A DNA stretch of 64,000 bases from Enterobacteria phage vB_EcoM_IME540. The stretch is taken from the sequence record MT150133.1; one strand, written 5' to 3'. Position numbers and translations under genes: made by a program. Under the pieces are notes generated by a model that worked only from the letters and a program-made list of their open reading frames with translations, made no database searches and was not told the origin of the DNA. Each line of letters starts with the position of its first letter. The stretch's first letter is position 1. Shown piece after piece: positions 8,599 to 18,852 of the stretch.

Positions 8599-8831
8599 TG
8601 CTTAACAATAATGATTTGTGCGTTTGATTTACGTTCAGCGACGATAGCCCAGATTAAAGCCACTACCCAACCAATCATCGTCCAGCCTAACAGGAGATTA
8701 AGGAAGAAAATTCCGACATTACTACGAGTGCCTCGCAGAAGAGCCAGAATCCATGGTAAAAAGTAACCGATGAACATAATAACCAGAGAACCGAATCCTA
8801 AAACACCAGCACTAACGATTAAAGCTTCCAT
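8595..8831 (-). CDS. imm: superinfection immunity protein Imm-like (two TM helices)
   Basis: 78 aa membrane protein with GWVVALIWA-type motif; syntenic with T4 imm beside gene 43. Confidence 0.6.
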   Translation of the reverse strand: MEALIVSAGVLGFGSLVIMFIGYFLPWILALLRGTRSNVGIFFLNLLLGWTMIGWVVALIWAIVAERKSNAQIIIVKQ

Positions 8832-8849
8832 TGTAATTTCCTCATGTAG

Positions 8850-8892
8850 TTGATAGGAAGGATACTACCACGTTCCTTGTGGTATGTAAACA
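8850..8892 (-). promoter_or_regulatory. early promoter-like element upstream of imm (degenerate copy)
   Basis: rc GTTTAC-N17-TAGTAT with TG two bases upstream of -10. Confidence 0.4.
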
Positions 8893-8893
8893 C

Positions 8894-11605
8894 TTAAAAG
8901 TCGAACATATCAAATAATGTTGCTTTTTTCTCGTAGTCGATTTTAGCAGACTCAGTAAAACCGGTCAGAGGTTTGATAAAGGTCTTTTGGAACAGTACGT
9001 TGTAGTCCATCCAACGGAGGACTTGGTCACGAATCTGAACCGGAAGTTCAATACCTGACGGCCATGCCATACAAGCTTCACCAAACGGGTTGCCTTCTTT
9101 AAGTGGCAGTACATATACCTTTTCACCATCAACGATACGAGGCATAGTCAAATCACCTGCAGAAGCACGCATGTAAGCTAAGCAACCTTTGATGTGGTAT
9201 GGACATTTAGAACCCGGGAATCCACCTTCATTATATTTCTCGATGTTGTTAGCACTGGATACTGCTGCAATGCTTACATAATCGAGTTCGTTAAATTCCT
9301 TATTAAACTGTTTGAAATATTCTTGCAAAGATGCCTCGCCTTCCTGAAGCATACGACGGATACATTCCTTCAGAGCTTTCTGAACTGCTTTAGGTGTACT
9401 TGATTTCTGAGTTTCGAGACCCATGATTTTCAAGTGTGGTTCAGCATAACGAGTACCTTCCATGTCCCAAACGTTAAGTGCATAACGTTTCTTGCCTGTC
9501 CAGAATCCACCAAGGCCTTTAGAACCAAGTGGAGGACCTGCGATAGCTTCTCGGTCCATGAACATCAAGTGTTGTTTGTTGTTCATGTATTCGCACATCT
9601 CACGGAAGCCTGCATCAATAGCTGGTTCCATACGTTCACGTGCAAATTTATCTAAGAAGTCTACCCAGTGGTTAGTATCACGGAATTTATCTTCGCCTAC
9701 TTTATTGATGATTGCATCTGCCTTAACATAAATGGAGTCAGTATCACCGTAGAGCACGAACTTCTGGTTTTCAGTCTTACACACGCTATTCAGATATTCG
9801 TTAACCTTACGTTCAATCCATTGGAGGGCCATTTGACCAAACAATGTGATTGCAGTTGCGTTCCTGAGGTCATAGTAACGGAACCATACGTTACCAAGTG
9901 CACCATAAAGGGAGTTGATAAGCAACTTACGGTTAATCTGAGCAGTGTTACCTGCAACTTCAGTGAGCTCGGCTTTCTTCAACATTTCTCTTAAAGAAGG
10001 CGCTGACAGTGCTTTAATCTGGGCTTTTATTTCGTCAGAGAAGTCAAAACGATAATCGATATCCAGTGGACTATCAACTGAGAGATTAGGATTTTCCAAT
10101 GCTTCTTTAATTAACTCACCATTACGTTGAGCTGCAAGCATGTAACCTTTATGTTCTTTACGCTGCAAGAATACCTTGGTGATTTCTGTCGGAATCACAC
10201 CTTCACGGTCTTTATAGTACATCATGCCGTTAGGAGAGCAACTGTAGGTGTCGCTAGGACGCTGAGCAGTTCCGGCAATATATTCATGTATCGGTGCGTT
10301 AGCGAATGTCCCTGCGATGGTCTCTGGGCTTATATTCACTTGTCGAATGATACTCGGATACAGAGATGTAAGGTCGAAACTCATTACATATTTGTAAGCG
10401 TTAGGAATCGGTTCCTTAACGAAAGCACCAGGATAAGGTTGGACCACGTGCGAACGAGCTTGTGGAATTACCTTGCCTTGTTCTTTAAGGCTATTAAAGA
10501 TAATAGCGTCCCAAGTCTTAATTGGGCTGAACACCGACTGAATCTGCATCTTGGCATAATAACCCATGTCCAAACTCAGAAGAATGAACTGACGCTTCAT
10601 ATCAATCTGCACTACACGATATACGTCGATAATGTTATAGGAAATATATCGTTGGTGGTTCGTCTCACGTAACTTGGAGATTGGGCCATCATATTTCAAC
10701 TTACCTACTTTCAATTCATATTCAGAAACATAATCCAGAGAATAAGAAGGCTGGTTGGTGAAGCTGAATTTTTTATAGAGGTCGATATAATCCAGAACAG
10801 AGATACCGAACAATGTAATGATTTCACGAGCACCGTACATGTTCTCAATAACTTTAACACGAGTTTTACGATGTGGGCTTAATCGCTTAGCAGTGTTCTC
10901 ACCGAACAGATTTTTCAGACGGTTATAAACGTACGGTACGTCAAACGACTCAACGTTCCATCCAGTCAAAATCACAGGAGTTTTCTGTTGCCAGAAATTC
11001 AAGTACTCAAGCATCATTTCTTCTTCAGAATTAAACGGAAGATAAACGATTTTGTCAATGATTTCCTGTGGAACTTCGTCACCACCTTCGTCTTGGAGTT
11101 TCTCAGCGATTTTAATCGACCACTCTTCAACAGTACCATAAGGCGAAACTAAAAGGTCGAATACATAGAATTTATCGTCAATCGAGTCGTAGTGGGTAAT
11201 GGCATCGATAGGATGTTTAGCCTGAGCTGGTTCAGGGAATCCATCAGGAGATGTTACCTCGATGTCGAAGTTAGCAATACGAATCTTAGAAGAATCATAT
11301 TTGATTTCTTTACGATAGGTATCAGACAAATAGGCTAATTTATAGTCGTCCATACCCAGGGCTTCGAGACCCATATCATCCATACGTTTCATCCATTGGG
11401 ATGCATCACGCATAGAATCGAATTCTTTCTTAACACAACCCTTACCATAGATATCAATGTATTTTACGGCTTGCTCTGGATTAGCATGCATAAACATTGT
11501 AGGCTTGTATGGAACTTCACGACTACGTTCGTTACCATTTTTATCGATGTAACGTTCGAGAATATTATCACCGATTTGTTCGACTGTCAAATAGAATTCT
11601 TGCAT
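8894..11605 (-). CDS. 43: DNA polymerase gp43 (family B)
   Basis: collinear with T4 gp43; ORF-track TTG start trimmed to MQEFYLTVEQIGDN (T4 starts MKEFYISIE) with AAGGA SD. Confidence 0.95.
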   Translation of the reverse strand: MQEFYLTVEQIGDNILERYIDKNGNERSREVPYKPTMFMHANPEQAVKYIDIYGKGCVKKEFDSMRDASQWMKRMDDMGLEALGMDDYKLAYLSDTYRKEIKYDSSKIRIANFDIEVTSPDGFPEPAQAKHPIDAITHYDSIDDKFYVFDLLVSPYGTVEEWSIKIAEKLQDEGGDEVPQEIIDKIVYLPFNSEEEMMLEYLNFWQQKTPVILTGWNVESFDVPYVYNRLKNLFGENTAKRLSPHRKTRVKVIENMYGAREIITLFGISVLDYIDLYKKFSFTNQPSYSLDYVSEYELKVGKLKYDGPISKLRETNHQRYISYNIIDVYRVVQIDMKRQFILLSLDMGYYAKMQIQSVFSPIKTWDAIIFNSLKEQGKVIPQARSHVVQPYPGAFVKEPIPNAYKYVMSFDLTSLYPSIIRQVNISPETIAGTFANAPIHEYIAGTAQRPSDTYSCSPNGMMYYKDREGVIPTEITKVFLQRKEHKGYMLAAQRNGELIKEALENPNLSVDSPLDIDYRFDFSDEIKAQIKALSAPSLREMLKKAELTEVAGNTAQINRKLLINSLYGALGNVWFRYYDLRNATAITLFGQMALQWIERKVNEYLNSVCKTENQKFVLYGDTDSIYVKADAIINKVGEDKFRDTNHWVDFLDKFARERMEPAIDAGFREMCEYMNNKQHLMFMDREAIAGPPLGSKGLGGFWTGKKRYALNVWDMEGTRYAEPHLKIMGLETQKSSTPKAVQKALKECIRRMLQEGEASLQEYFKQFNKEFNELDYVSIAAVSSANNIEKYNEGGFPGSKCPYHIKGCLAYMRASAGDLTMPRIVDGEKVYVLPLKEGNPFGEACMAWPSGIELPVQIRDQVLRWMDYNVLFQKTFIKPLTGFTESAKIDYEKKATLFDMFDF

Positions 11606-11639
11606 TTCATTTCCTTTATAGACGAGTGATTGTCTTTTG

Positions 11640-11686
11640 TTTGTTGATGAATCATTATACTCCAAAAGGGACCGAAGTCCCTTTGC
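11640..11686 (-). promoter_or_regulatory. UUCG hairpin plus TATAAT upstream of gene 43 (candidate terminator / translational-operator region)
   Basis: minus strand AAAGGGAC-UUCG-GTCCCTTT then TGGAGTATAATGA about 45 nt before the 43 start. Confidence 0.4.
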
Positions 11687-11899
11687 TTAAATTTCTATTG
11701 TCTGACGTTTAATAGTTGAATTACCATCTTCGTCTTTAGTTTTAATCATAGCCTGGAAGACTTGCTGGCCAGGATGTAGTAACTTTTGGAGGTCCTTTTG
11801 AAATTCTATTTGGAGCTCTTCGGAAAGGTCAAAAATCGTTTGAGTTGGAGAAAGTCCGTATACCTCTTTAAGACGTTCACACGTTTCAATTTCAAGAAT
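11687..11899 (-). CDS. hypothetical protein (~70 aa)
   Basis: ORF between regA and 43; start trimmed to an internal ATG to avoid a 65-nt overlap with regA. Confidence 0.4.
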   Translation of the reverse strand: MLEIETCERLKEVYGLSPTQTIFDLSEELQIEFQKDLQKLLHPGQQVFQAMIKTKDEDGNSTIKRQTIEI

Positions 11900-11903
11900 C
11901 ATA

Positions 11904-12266
11904 TTAATTACCAATGGTATACTTAGACAGTAGTTCCCAGTCATTTTTCTGCTTAAAGGAAATGACACGGAAATTATTAGTGATTTCGAACAGCTCAGAG
12001 TCGTCTACTATATCAATCAGTCCCCACTCCTTAAGAAGCTGGGCAATTGAATCACGACGTTGGTAGTCTTCACCATCGATATCAACTTGGCGGCCATCCA
12101 TACGTAACATCTCTTTAAAGTGGACGATATAATATAGCCCTTGCTTTTGCAGAATGTGGCAGGATTGATATAGTTTCTTTTCTTTATTATTAGCGATACC
12201 CATACGAGTTAGGGTCTCTTTCACTTTCAAGAAGTCTTCAGGTTGTTTCAGAGTAATTTCAATCAT
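11904..12266 (-). CDS. regA: translational repressor RegA
   Basis: 120 aa; MIEITLKQPEDFLKVKETLTRMGIANNK... nearly identical to T4 RegA. Confidence 0.95.
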   Translation of the reverse strand: MIEITLKQPEDFLKVKETLTRMGIANNKEKKLYQSCHILQKQGLYYIVHFKEMLRMDGRQVDIDGEDYQRRDSIAQLLKEWGLIDIVDDSELFEITNNFRVISFKQKNDWELLSKYTIGN

Positions 12267-12272
12267 TTTAAT

Positions 12273-12845
12273 TTACCATTCCAATGCTTTCTTTTTCAAG
12301 TCTTTTTGTTCTTTAACATTTTTGGTTACGGATTTCAGGAACTCGTCCGTAACCAACCCTTTCATCTTCTTAAGCATCGCCGGAAGATGGCCTTTAATTT
12401 TATAAGTCTCGAGATAACGATAAGCGTCATCATTATTAATTGAATGGTATTTCATCAATAAACGAGTAATAAAAACTACACTAACTTCATCATCATGGGC
12501 CTTAGCCCATTTACCAAATCTCTTACCCTTAGGAACCGCGTGTAAAAGATAGTTAAAATGACTTTGGTCATCAAGTTTCAAACAGTTAACCATTGCAGCT
12601 TGCATAATGCAATCCACATGTTGGCTCAAACTATTATCGAGCCAAAATTGATTGTAGTTTTCCGACTGAGCCAAGTTACGTTGGTTCTTACCATATGTGA
12701 TATCGTTCATAATGGCAAACAATTCGTTTTCAGCCTTTTCTTTAAATGAATCGGCCAAGGCTTGAATAGCGGCATCGTTACGTTGTTTCCAAGCAACTTC
12801 ATGTTCGTTCAGTTCGACGTCATCATCAAAAAGACTTATAGCCAT
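12273..12845 (-). CDS. 62: clamp-loader subunit gp62
   Basis: 190 aa; collinear with T4 gp62 (C-terminal VTDxFLKxVTKNVKEQKxLKKxALEW). Confidence 0.9.
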   Translation of the reverse strand: MAISLFDDDVELNEHEVAWKQRNDAAIQALADSFKEKAENELFAIMNDITYGKNQRNLAQSENYNQFWLDNSLSQHVDCIMQAAMVNCLKLDDQSHFNYLLHAVPKGKRFGKWAKAHDDEVSVVFITRLLMKYHSINNDDAYRYLETYKIKGHLPAMLKKMKGLVTDEFLKSVTKNVKEQKDLKKKALEW

Positions 12846-13795
12846 TGGAGCTCCAGAGCAAGTTGGATGAACAGATAAGTCATGTGAATTTCTGGGTTAG
12901 CCGCAATACCGTGGTATTGGTTATTTTCACCGACAATTTCATACATTCTAACAATGCTTGGCCCAGGCAATTTACCATAGAGTTCGTTAGCCAGCGCCAT
13001 AATAAAGTTGGAATAGTCATTGACATGGCGTGGAGCTAATGCACGGAGTTCTTTAAAGTTTTTATCTTTAAGTGCAGCCACTACTTCATCAATAGGCGAA
13101 TTGGTATTCATTACAATACTCAAAATGCCTGTATCGATTTTACCACTGGATGAGTAACGGTCTAGTTGGTTAACTGTTTTACGGAAGTCAGGAAAGTTTT
13201 GTTTAACTAAGGCAGCAATAACTTTAAGGTCTTCGACTTCGATATTTTCGTTTTTACAGATTGCTACAGCACGATGAATCATTTCTTTCATCATGGATGT
13301 TTGGTCGGCCGGAGTGGCTTCACCAAATTTAATAACACGACAACGGGATTGAAGTGGACCGATAATACCATCAATATTGTTTGCTGTAATAATTACAGAA
13401 CAGTTTGAGGAATAGGCTTCTAAGAACGAACGAAGGTGACGTTGAGCTTCAGCAACACCGGCGCGGTCGAATTCGTCGATAACAATTACCTTACGCTTAC
13501 CTTCGATAGATTTGGAAGATGCAAAACGAGTAAGTTCATTACGAACGAAATCAATACGGCAGTCAGAACCGTTAACAAACAACATGTCTGAATTTGTATC
13601 AGCACACAATGCTTTAGCTACGGTAGTTTTACCTGTGCCTGGTGAAGCAGAGACTAGGATAATGTTAGGGATTAGGCCCTTATTAACAATGGCTTGGAGG
13701 GTTTCTTTATCATGCGCAGGCAGAATACACTCAGATAAAGTACCTGGACGATATTTCTGTTCGAACATGAATTCATTATTGTTTACTGTAAGCAT
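12836..13795 (-). CDS. 44: clamp-loader ATPase gp44 (AAA+)
   Basis: 319 aa; Walker A SPGTGKTT, VIVIDEFDR, SRC motif; collinear with T4 gp44. Confidence 0.95.
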   Translation of the reverse strand: MLTVNNNEFMFEQKYRPGTLSECILPAHDKETLQAIVNKGLIPNIILVSASPGTGKTTVAKALCADTNSDMLFVNGSDCRIDFVRNELTRFASSKSIEGKRKVIVIDEFDRAGVAEAQRHLRSFLEAYSSNCSVIITANNIDGIIGPLQSRCRVIKFGEATPADQTSMMKEMIHRAVAICKNENIEVEDLKVIAALVKQNFPDFRKTVNQLDRYSSSGKIDTGILSIVMNTNSPIDEVVAALKDKNFKELRALAPRHVNDYSNFIMALANELYGKLPGPSIVRMYEIVGENNQYHGIAANPEIHMTYLFIQLALELQWL

Positions 13796-13821
13796 ATTAA
13801 TTTCCTCAGGTTTGTTTTTAC

Positions 13822-13841
13822 ATTATACTCCAAGGGAGGAA
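13822..13841. repeat. perfect 18-bp palindrome GGGAGGAATATTCCTCCC between genes 45 and 44
   Basis: read directly; followed on the minus strand by GGAGTATAATG (-10-like) and the SD of gene 44. Confidence 0.5.
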
Positions 13842-13857
13842 TATTCCTCCCTATGCT

Positions 13858-14556
13858 TTAGAACGAGTGGCTTGAGCCTGCTTCCATAGCCAATACATAA
13901 GAAGCTTGTGAACCTTCAAACTTGGCTGCGAAACGAGCGTCCTGGCCTTCACCACGGGCCCATAACAATACATGGTAATCGGCAGGCATCATTTTCATAT
14001 TAGTTTTGTTGATAATGAATTTGAATTCAGGGCCATCATGGTCTGCAACCACTAAGGAATACAATGGACGGGCCAGGTCCTTATCATCAACTTGTTTGTA
14101 GCCATTGATTACAATTTTACCATTGTCTACAGTAATAGCAAATGTATCAATACTCAGTCCAGAGGACACACGCATCAACTGTTGGTAATCTTCGGCTTTA
14201 AGGTCAAAAATAACTTCAGCCACCGGGAACGGAATAGCTTTGCTTGGGAATGCAATTGTACTTGGGTCGGCAATAGGCCACTTAATAGTTGAACGTTGGT
14301 CTTTAATAATTAGAGTGGTTTGGTCTTCACTTACCGAAACTTCAGCACTATCAGATACCAATGACAGAATACTTAAGAAGCCGTTCAAATCATAGATTGC
14401 GGCTTCGATATCAAAGGTATCACTTACAGTAGCTTCACCATAACTTGCACCCGTTACTGAACGAGTTAGAATAGTGTTACCAGGCTTAAGCATGATACCT
14501 GGGTTAATACTGGAGAAGTTTTTCAGAATGTTCAGAGTTTCTTTAGAGAATTTCAT
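13858..14556 (-). CDS. 45: sliding clamp gp45
   Basis: 232 aa; syntenic and similar in length to T4 gp45 (228 aa); AAGGAAA SD. Confidence 0.9.
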   Translation of the reverse strand: MKFSKETLNILKNFSSINPGIMLKPGNTILTRSVTGASYGEATVSDTFDIEAAIYDLNGFLSILSLVSDSAEVSVSEDQTTLIIKDQRSTIKWPIADPSTIAFPSKAIPFPVAEVIFDLKAEDYQQLMRVSSGLSIDTFAITVDNGKIVINGYKQVDDKDLARPLYSLVVADHDGPEFKFIINKTNMKMMPADYHVLLWARGEGQDARFAAKFEGSQASYVLAMEAGSSHSF

Positions 14557-14580
14557 AATGTTTCCTTATCAAGTCAAAAA

Positions 14581-14994
14581 TTAAGCAATAACGATCATTT
14601 GTTTACGAATGGATTCAGGCAGAGATTCAATATACTCTGGAATCTGGGAAGCAACAATAGCACCAGCTTCAAGCAGTTGTTCGTCAAAATCTACACAATA
14701 ATCATCTTCGAGACGTTCAGAACCATCACGGTCGATAACCAGTTTAGCACCTGCGGCCAGTGAATCATTATAGTGGCGACGCATAATTTCTACCCACTTA
14801 TCGGATACGTCGTTATCAATGATACCGTAGAGCATGAACTTAGTTTCTTGTGGAAGAGACTGCAGACGACGTGCAGAGTCGGTATCAATATTCAGTACCC
14901 ATGATTTACGGATACGGTTTTGATTATGTGGGTTGGAATCAGTACGAATGGTTTTAACTTGGATATCTTTAACAGTAATAGCGTTAGCAAACAT
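14581..14994 (-). CDS. rpbA: RpbA-like RNA polymerase binding protein
   Basis: position between 45 and 46 as in T4; start trimmed to MFANAITV; identity by synteny only. Confidence 0.45.
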   Translation of the reverse strand: MFANAITVKDIQVKTIRTDSNPHNQNRIRKSWVLNIDTDSARRLQSLPQETKFMLYGIIDNDVSDKWVEIMRRHYNDSLAAGAKLVIDRDGSERLEDDYCVDFDEQLLEAGAIVASQIPEYIESLPESIRKQMIVIA

Positions 14995-15054
14995 AATATT
15001 TTCTCTCATTTGGTTGGTAGATGTATTATAAATCAATATTTTAAAGCACTTAAT

Positions 15055-15246
15055 TTAATCAAAGTATTCATAAACGAACCAGGCAGGATTCCTGTTCGAC
15101 ATGATTCTATCATACTCTGACTTAAAAGCATTTCGGAGATAATCTTCAGTAACAAGATGTTCGTCTCCAGAGAAGTTATTAACTAAAACATACCGCTTTA
15201 GTTCAGGAACGGCCAACAAATGCTGGCCTGTTATAAAATCACTCAT
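15055..15246 (-). CDS. hypothetical protein (T4 45.2-like, 63 aa)
   Basis: small ORF tightly packed upstream of rpbA; size and position as T4 45.2. Confidence 0.5.
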   Translation of the reverse strand: MSDFITGQHLLAVPELKRYVLVNNFSGDEHLVTEDYLRNAFKSEYDRIMSNRNPAWFVYEYFD

Positions 15247-16925
15247 TCCAACACCGTGAATCGTCCAACTTTCTTCATTTGAAGATGTTGGCCATAAGCT
15301 TGTGGGTCATGGTCTCGGTGAGAGATAATGAACACGTTCGTATCCTCAAGGCTATTCAAGATGGTTGCAATGGTCTTAACGCCTTCAGCGTCAGTAGCAC
15401 TGTCAAATACCTCATCAAGAATTAACGTGCTGATATTAACACCTGATACCTTAGAAGCAATATCGCGCCATGTAAAAAGTAGTGCGATATCAATACGTGC
15501 TTTCTCACCCTGTGAAAATGAAGCATAACTAAAGTCTTCACGTCCACGTGATTTAATCGTCTCATTGAACTCTTCGTCTAGTGTAAAGACGTAGTCAGCT
15601 TCCATAATCTTCAAATAAGAATTTATCTGCTTATTAAAGATAGGAATGTATTTCTTAATAATGGAACCTTTAATACCAGTATCCTTCAACATTTCTGTCA
15701 GAATTCCACGATGATATTTTTCCATTACTAAGGACGATTTGGTAGAGACGATTTTATCAAGCTCTGCTTGAAGCGCGGCAATCTCTTCGGCATTACTTAC
15801 GAACTCAGCAGCTGCTTGGTCAATTAATACCTTAACTTTTTTGGCTTTCTCTACAGCAGTAATAGCTTGTTGCTTATGAGTAGCTATCTGAGATTTAATA
15901 GCCAGCGCTTTATTACGTTGTTCGGTTACTTGGTCCTTAATGAGCTTGAGTTCTTGGTACTGCTCATTAATCTTATCCAAAGATTTTTGAAGCTCAAAAT
16001 TCTTATCCTTAATTTTAGTAAGGATATTTCCATGCTCTTCCAATCCTTGCATACATGTAGGACAACTACCACCGGTTTCGTATAACTTAACAACCTTAGT
16101 AAAGGTCGCCATATCATTCTTGATTGCAAATCCTTTATTGCTCAGGTCACTCATAGAGTCGCTAGGGTCATCATCGACGATGACATTGAGTAATTCATCA
16201 GTTAGTTTTTCTATATTGCCCTTCGCAGTCCTGGCTTCTTTAACGAGCTCGTCATACATTACTTGTAGACGTGCTGCGTTCTCGCCGGATAATTTACGCT
16301 GTCGTTCTTCGTTATCATTATAAATTTTAATTTGCTGGGTAATAGAATCCTGTTTAACATCGATTACTTGGATTTGGCTATTAGTCTCACGAATCAAAGA
16401 TTTGTTCAACTTATCCATATCCGCTAATACAGAAACCTCTAAGAGGTCTTCGACGAGTTTTCTTCTTGCAGGAGTGGATAGGCCCATAAAAGGGGTATAT
16501 CCAGCTGTGCCGAGTACGACAATCTGTTTGAAGCTTGTGTAGGACATTCCGATAAGCTGTTCAAATTCCGCTTGGAAGTCTTTACTGCTGGCAGATTCAT
16601 CAAGACGTTCACCGTCACAAGAGATTTCAAAAACGTTGGGTTTTTGCCCGCGTTTGATGTAGTATTCTTTGCCATCATATTCCATCCACAGTTCGACCAA
16701 AAGGTCTTTCTTATTACTTGAGTTAATCAACTGCCCTTTCTTAACATCACGAAAAGGCTTACCGAACAGAGCAAATGTAACGGCTTCAAGGAACGTAGAT
16801 TTCCCTGCGCCGTTTTTACCCGTGACTAAGGTCTTTTGGACCTTATCAAGTTGGATTGTAATAGGTTGCTGGCCTACCGACATAATATTTTTATATGTTA
16901 CTTTCTTTAACTTAAAAGTCTTCAT
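15243..16925 (-). CDS. 46: recombination endonuclease subunit gp46 (Rad50/SbcC-like)
   Basis: Walker A TGKNGAGKST, coiled-coil middle, signature FSQGE, Walker B LILDE; start trimmed to MKTFKLKKV (T4 MKNFKLNRV). Confidence 0.9.
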   Translation of the reverse strand: MKTFKLKKVTYKNIMSVGQQPITIQLDKVQKTLVTGKNGAGKSTFLEAVTFALFGKPFRDVKKGQLINSSNKKDLLVELWMEYDGKEYYIKRGQKPNVFEISCDGERLDESASSKDFQAEFEQLIGMSYTSFKQIVVLGTAGYTPFMGLSTPARRKLVEDLLEVSVLADMDKLNKSLIRETNSQIQVIDVKQDSITQQIKIYNDNEERQRKLSGENAARLQVMYDELVKEARTAKGNIEKLTDELLNVIVDDDPSDSMSDLSNKGFAIKNDMATFTKVVKLYETGGSCPTCMQGLEEHGNILTKIKDKNFELQKSLDKINEQYQELKLIKDQVTEQRNKALAIKSQIATHKQQAITAVEKAKKVKVLIDQAAAEFVSNAEEIAALQAELDKIVSTKSSLVMEKYHRGILTEMLKDTGIKGSIIKKYIPIFNKQINSYLKIMEADYVFTLDEEFNETIKSRGREDFSYASFSQGEKARIDIALLFTWRDIASKVSGVNISTLILDEVFDSATDAEGVKTIATILNSLEDTNVFIISHRDHDPQAYGQHLQMKKVGRFTVLE

Positions 16926-17175
16926 CGTTATAAGCATCCTTGATGCATGATTCAGCCATATGAATTAATGTTTCTGGAGTATCATCTACCATTACATTAA
17001 AGCTAAATTCCACAGCCCAATCGGTAGCAACATAGACTTTAATAAGCTCGTTGGTATCGCGAGTGCTCACGGCTTCAAACCAGAACTTGATTGTACTAGG
17101 CTGTCCATCGTCATCAATAACGATACAGTCGTGTTCTAGTTCGAGGCCTGATTTTTTGAATTCATCTAAAGTCAT
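16912..17175 (-). CDS. hypothetical protein (T4 46.1-like)
   Basis: 87 aa ORF between 47 and 46. Confidence 0.5.
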   Translation of the reverse strand: MTLDEFKKSGLELEHDCIVIDDDGQPSTIKFWFEAVSTRDTNELIKVYVATDWAVEFSFNVMVDDTPETLIHMAESCIKDAYNDEDF

Positions 17176-18194
17176 CGTGTAACCTCATTATAAAGTTGTG
17201 CAGCCATGGTCTTAAGGGCTTTAACATCGTCTTCAGTGTGGCCGTCAGGAAGGGCATCGATATAATCATACATCATATCCAAGAGGGACTTGACTTCATC
17301 TTCCTCTTCAGAATCATCGATATCAACACTGTTATCTACCTTAGACACAATACGTAAAGAATGGACGACCTTTTCAAGCTCTGATTCGAACTTGGTAAGC
17401 CCGTCATCAATTTTATCGACTATAACACGAACCGCAATATTTGTAAAATCTTTGTAATCGATAGTCGCATTCGGATAATGAATCTTACGATGCCAACAAG
17501 TTTCATTGATGATGAAATCCATTTTATGGGTTTCTGTATCGAAAATCCAGAAGCCACGAGGGTCGTTCTCATCACCTGCAGTCAGGGTCCATGGCGTACC
17601 AATATACTTAACGTTTGCTGCATCAGAAATAGTGTGGAAGTGCCCAGACCATACCTGCTTATACTTCTTAAGGAAATCAGGTTCTAAACCATGAGATTTC
17701 ATTCCTTTATAGAAATAGAAACCATTTAATTCCCAGTGACCTATACAGAAATCTGCTGTGGTATTTTTGATATGGTCCATGATATCGGTCGTGTTTTCTT
17801 CACACATCCATGGAATCAAATCAATTTCGGTGCCATCAAAGTTAACCGTAGTGGGTTTCTCAATAACCTTGATATGGTCATATTTACCCAGAACTTCAGA
17901 AGCAGCGTTCGGTGTCAAGGTATTTTTGTAGTGGGCATCGTGGTTGCCTACGACAGTATACATGGTAATGCCGTTGGTTTTAAGCAAATCTGAAATATGT
18001 CTAGCAAATTCCATGCACTTATGAGTAATTGCTTTACGAACATCAAATATATCACCGTACTGAATCCATACAGTAATGCCATTTGCTTTAGAATAATTGA
18101 TGGCATCTTTGATGCCGGCCAATTGGATGTTTTGCACCCAAGGGTCGTCGTTCTTCACTCCAAGGTGCCAGTCACCCGTATTAAGAATTTTCAT
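17172..18194 (-). CDS. 47: recombination nuclease subunit gp47 (Mre11/SbcD-like)
   Basis: phosphoesterase motifs GDWHLG, GNHD, GHxH; start trimmed to MKILNTGDWHLG (T4 MKILNLGDWHLG). Confidence 0.9.
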   Translation of the reverse strand: MKILNTGDWHLGVKNDDPWVQNIQLAGIKDAINYSKANGITVWIQYGDIFDVRKAITHKCMEFARHISDLLKTNGITMYTVVGNHDAHYKNTLTPNAASEVLGKYDHIKVIEKPTTVNFDGTEIDLIPWMCEENTTDIMDHIKNTTADFCIGHWELNGFYFYKGMKSHGLEPDFLKKYKQVWSGHFHTISDAANVKYIGTPWTLTAGDENDPRGFWIFDTETHKMDFIINETCWHRKIHYPNATIDYKDFTNIAVRVIVDKIDDGLTKFESELEKVVHSLRIVSKVDNSVDIDDSEEEDEVKSLLDMMYDYIDALPDGHTEDDVKALKTMAAQLYNEVTR

Positions 18195-18798
18195 TACGTA
18201 TTCGTTCCCACATTTTGGAGGCTGCTTTAGAAGCAGAGCCAGGAAGTTTACCTTTGACCCACCCATCAGGAATATTAGATGGGTTAATCAGTTTATGTTC
18301 TATTCCGTTATTATACCACTTCCTGCCCTTATTATGACTAGATGCTTTATAATTAGGTGAACGACCTTCTACGTATCCTTCCGGGACTGTAGGTGCAAAG
18401 GTTTGTTCCAATGTAACAGGATTATAGGAATGAATATACCCTTTAGCATTATGAGAGCCGTAAAGAGGGTGTTGCTCTTTAGGTAGCGAAAGCCCAAAGA
18501 ATCCTTTAGGAGCTGCGACAGCCCTATTAAAGAATAGAGGATTTTGGGCCGCATCGGTTCTTAACTGGTACATTCTTTCAGCTTCTAAAGCCTCTTCTCT
18601 TGTAGGGTGTTCACTTACAATACACGAGTCAAATAATTCTGGATGCTCTAAAAGCTCATTTTTATAGATTTCTTTATATGCTTTAGAAAGGACACTCCCG
18701 TGATATCCTTTTAAATGCTTCTCTAAAGTGGTAGACCCTATATAAAACGGTGGAAGCTTAGTCCCGGAATATATTGTCAGGTATGTGATGTATTTCAT
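18181..18798 (-). mobile_element. homing endonuclease-like gene (GIY-YIG-like N-terminus, NUMOD3 C-terminus)
   Basis: FYIGSTT near N-terminus; C-terminal KGRKWYNNGIEHKLINPSNIPDGWVKG matches the NUMOD3 DNA-binding motif; occupies the slot where T4 has alpha-gt. Confidence 0.6.
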
Positions 18799-18828
18799 AG
18801 ATTTATTTTATCATCCATTCAGAAAGCA

Positions 18829-18852
18829 AAAAAGGAGCCTAAGCTCCTTTAC
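18829..18852 (-). terminator. intrinsic terminator hairpin
   Basis: minus strand AAGGAGC-UUAG-GCTCCTT followed by TTTTTT. Confidence 0.5.

Noticed and set aside
11681-13860. MotA-box-like TGCTT(T/A)A sequences next to the hairpins upstream of genes 43 and 44
   Set aside because: The motif reads on the plus strand, opposite to the direction of transcription, so it cannot serve as a middle-promoter MotA box for these genes.
899-18360. Numerous plus-strand ORFs of 60-180 aa inside the minus-strand early block (e.g. 4980-5414, 10127-10672, 13512-13889, 17736-17993)
   Set aside because: They lie antisense to strongly conserved T4-like genes (41, 42, 43, 44, 47), lack SD signals and have low-complexity translations. 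Treated as spurious.
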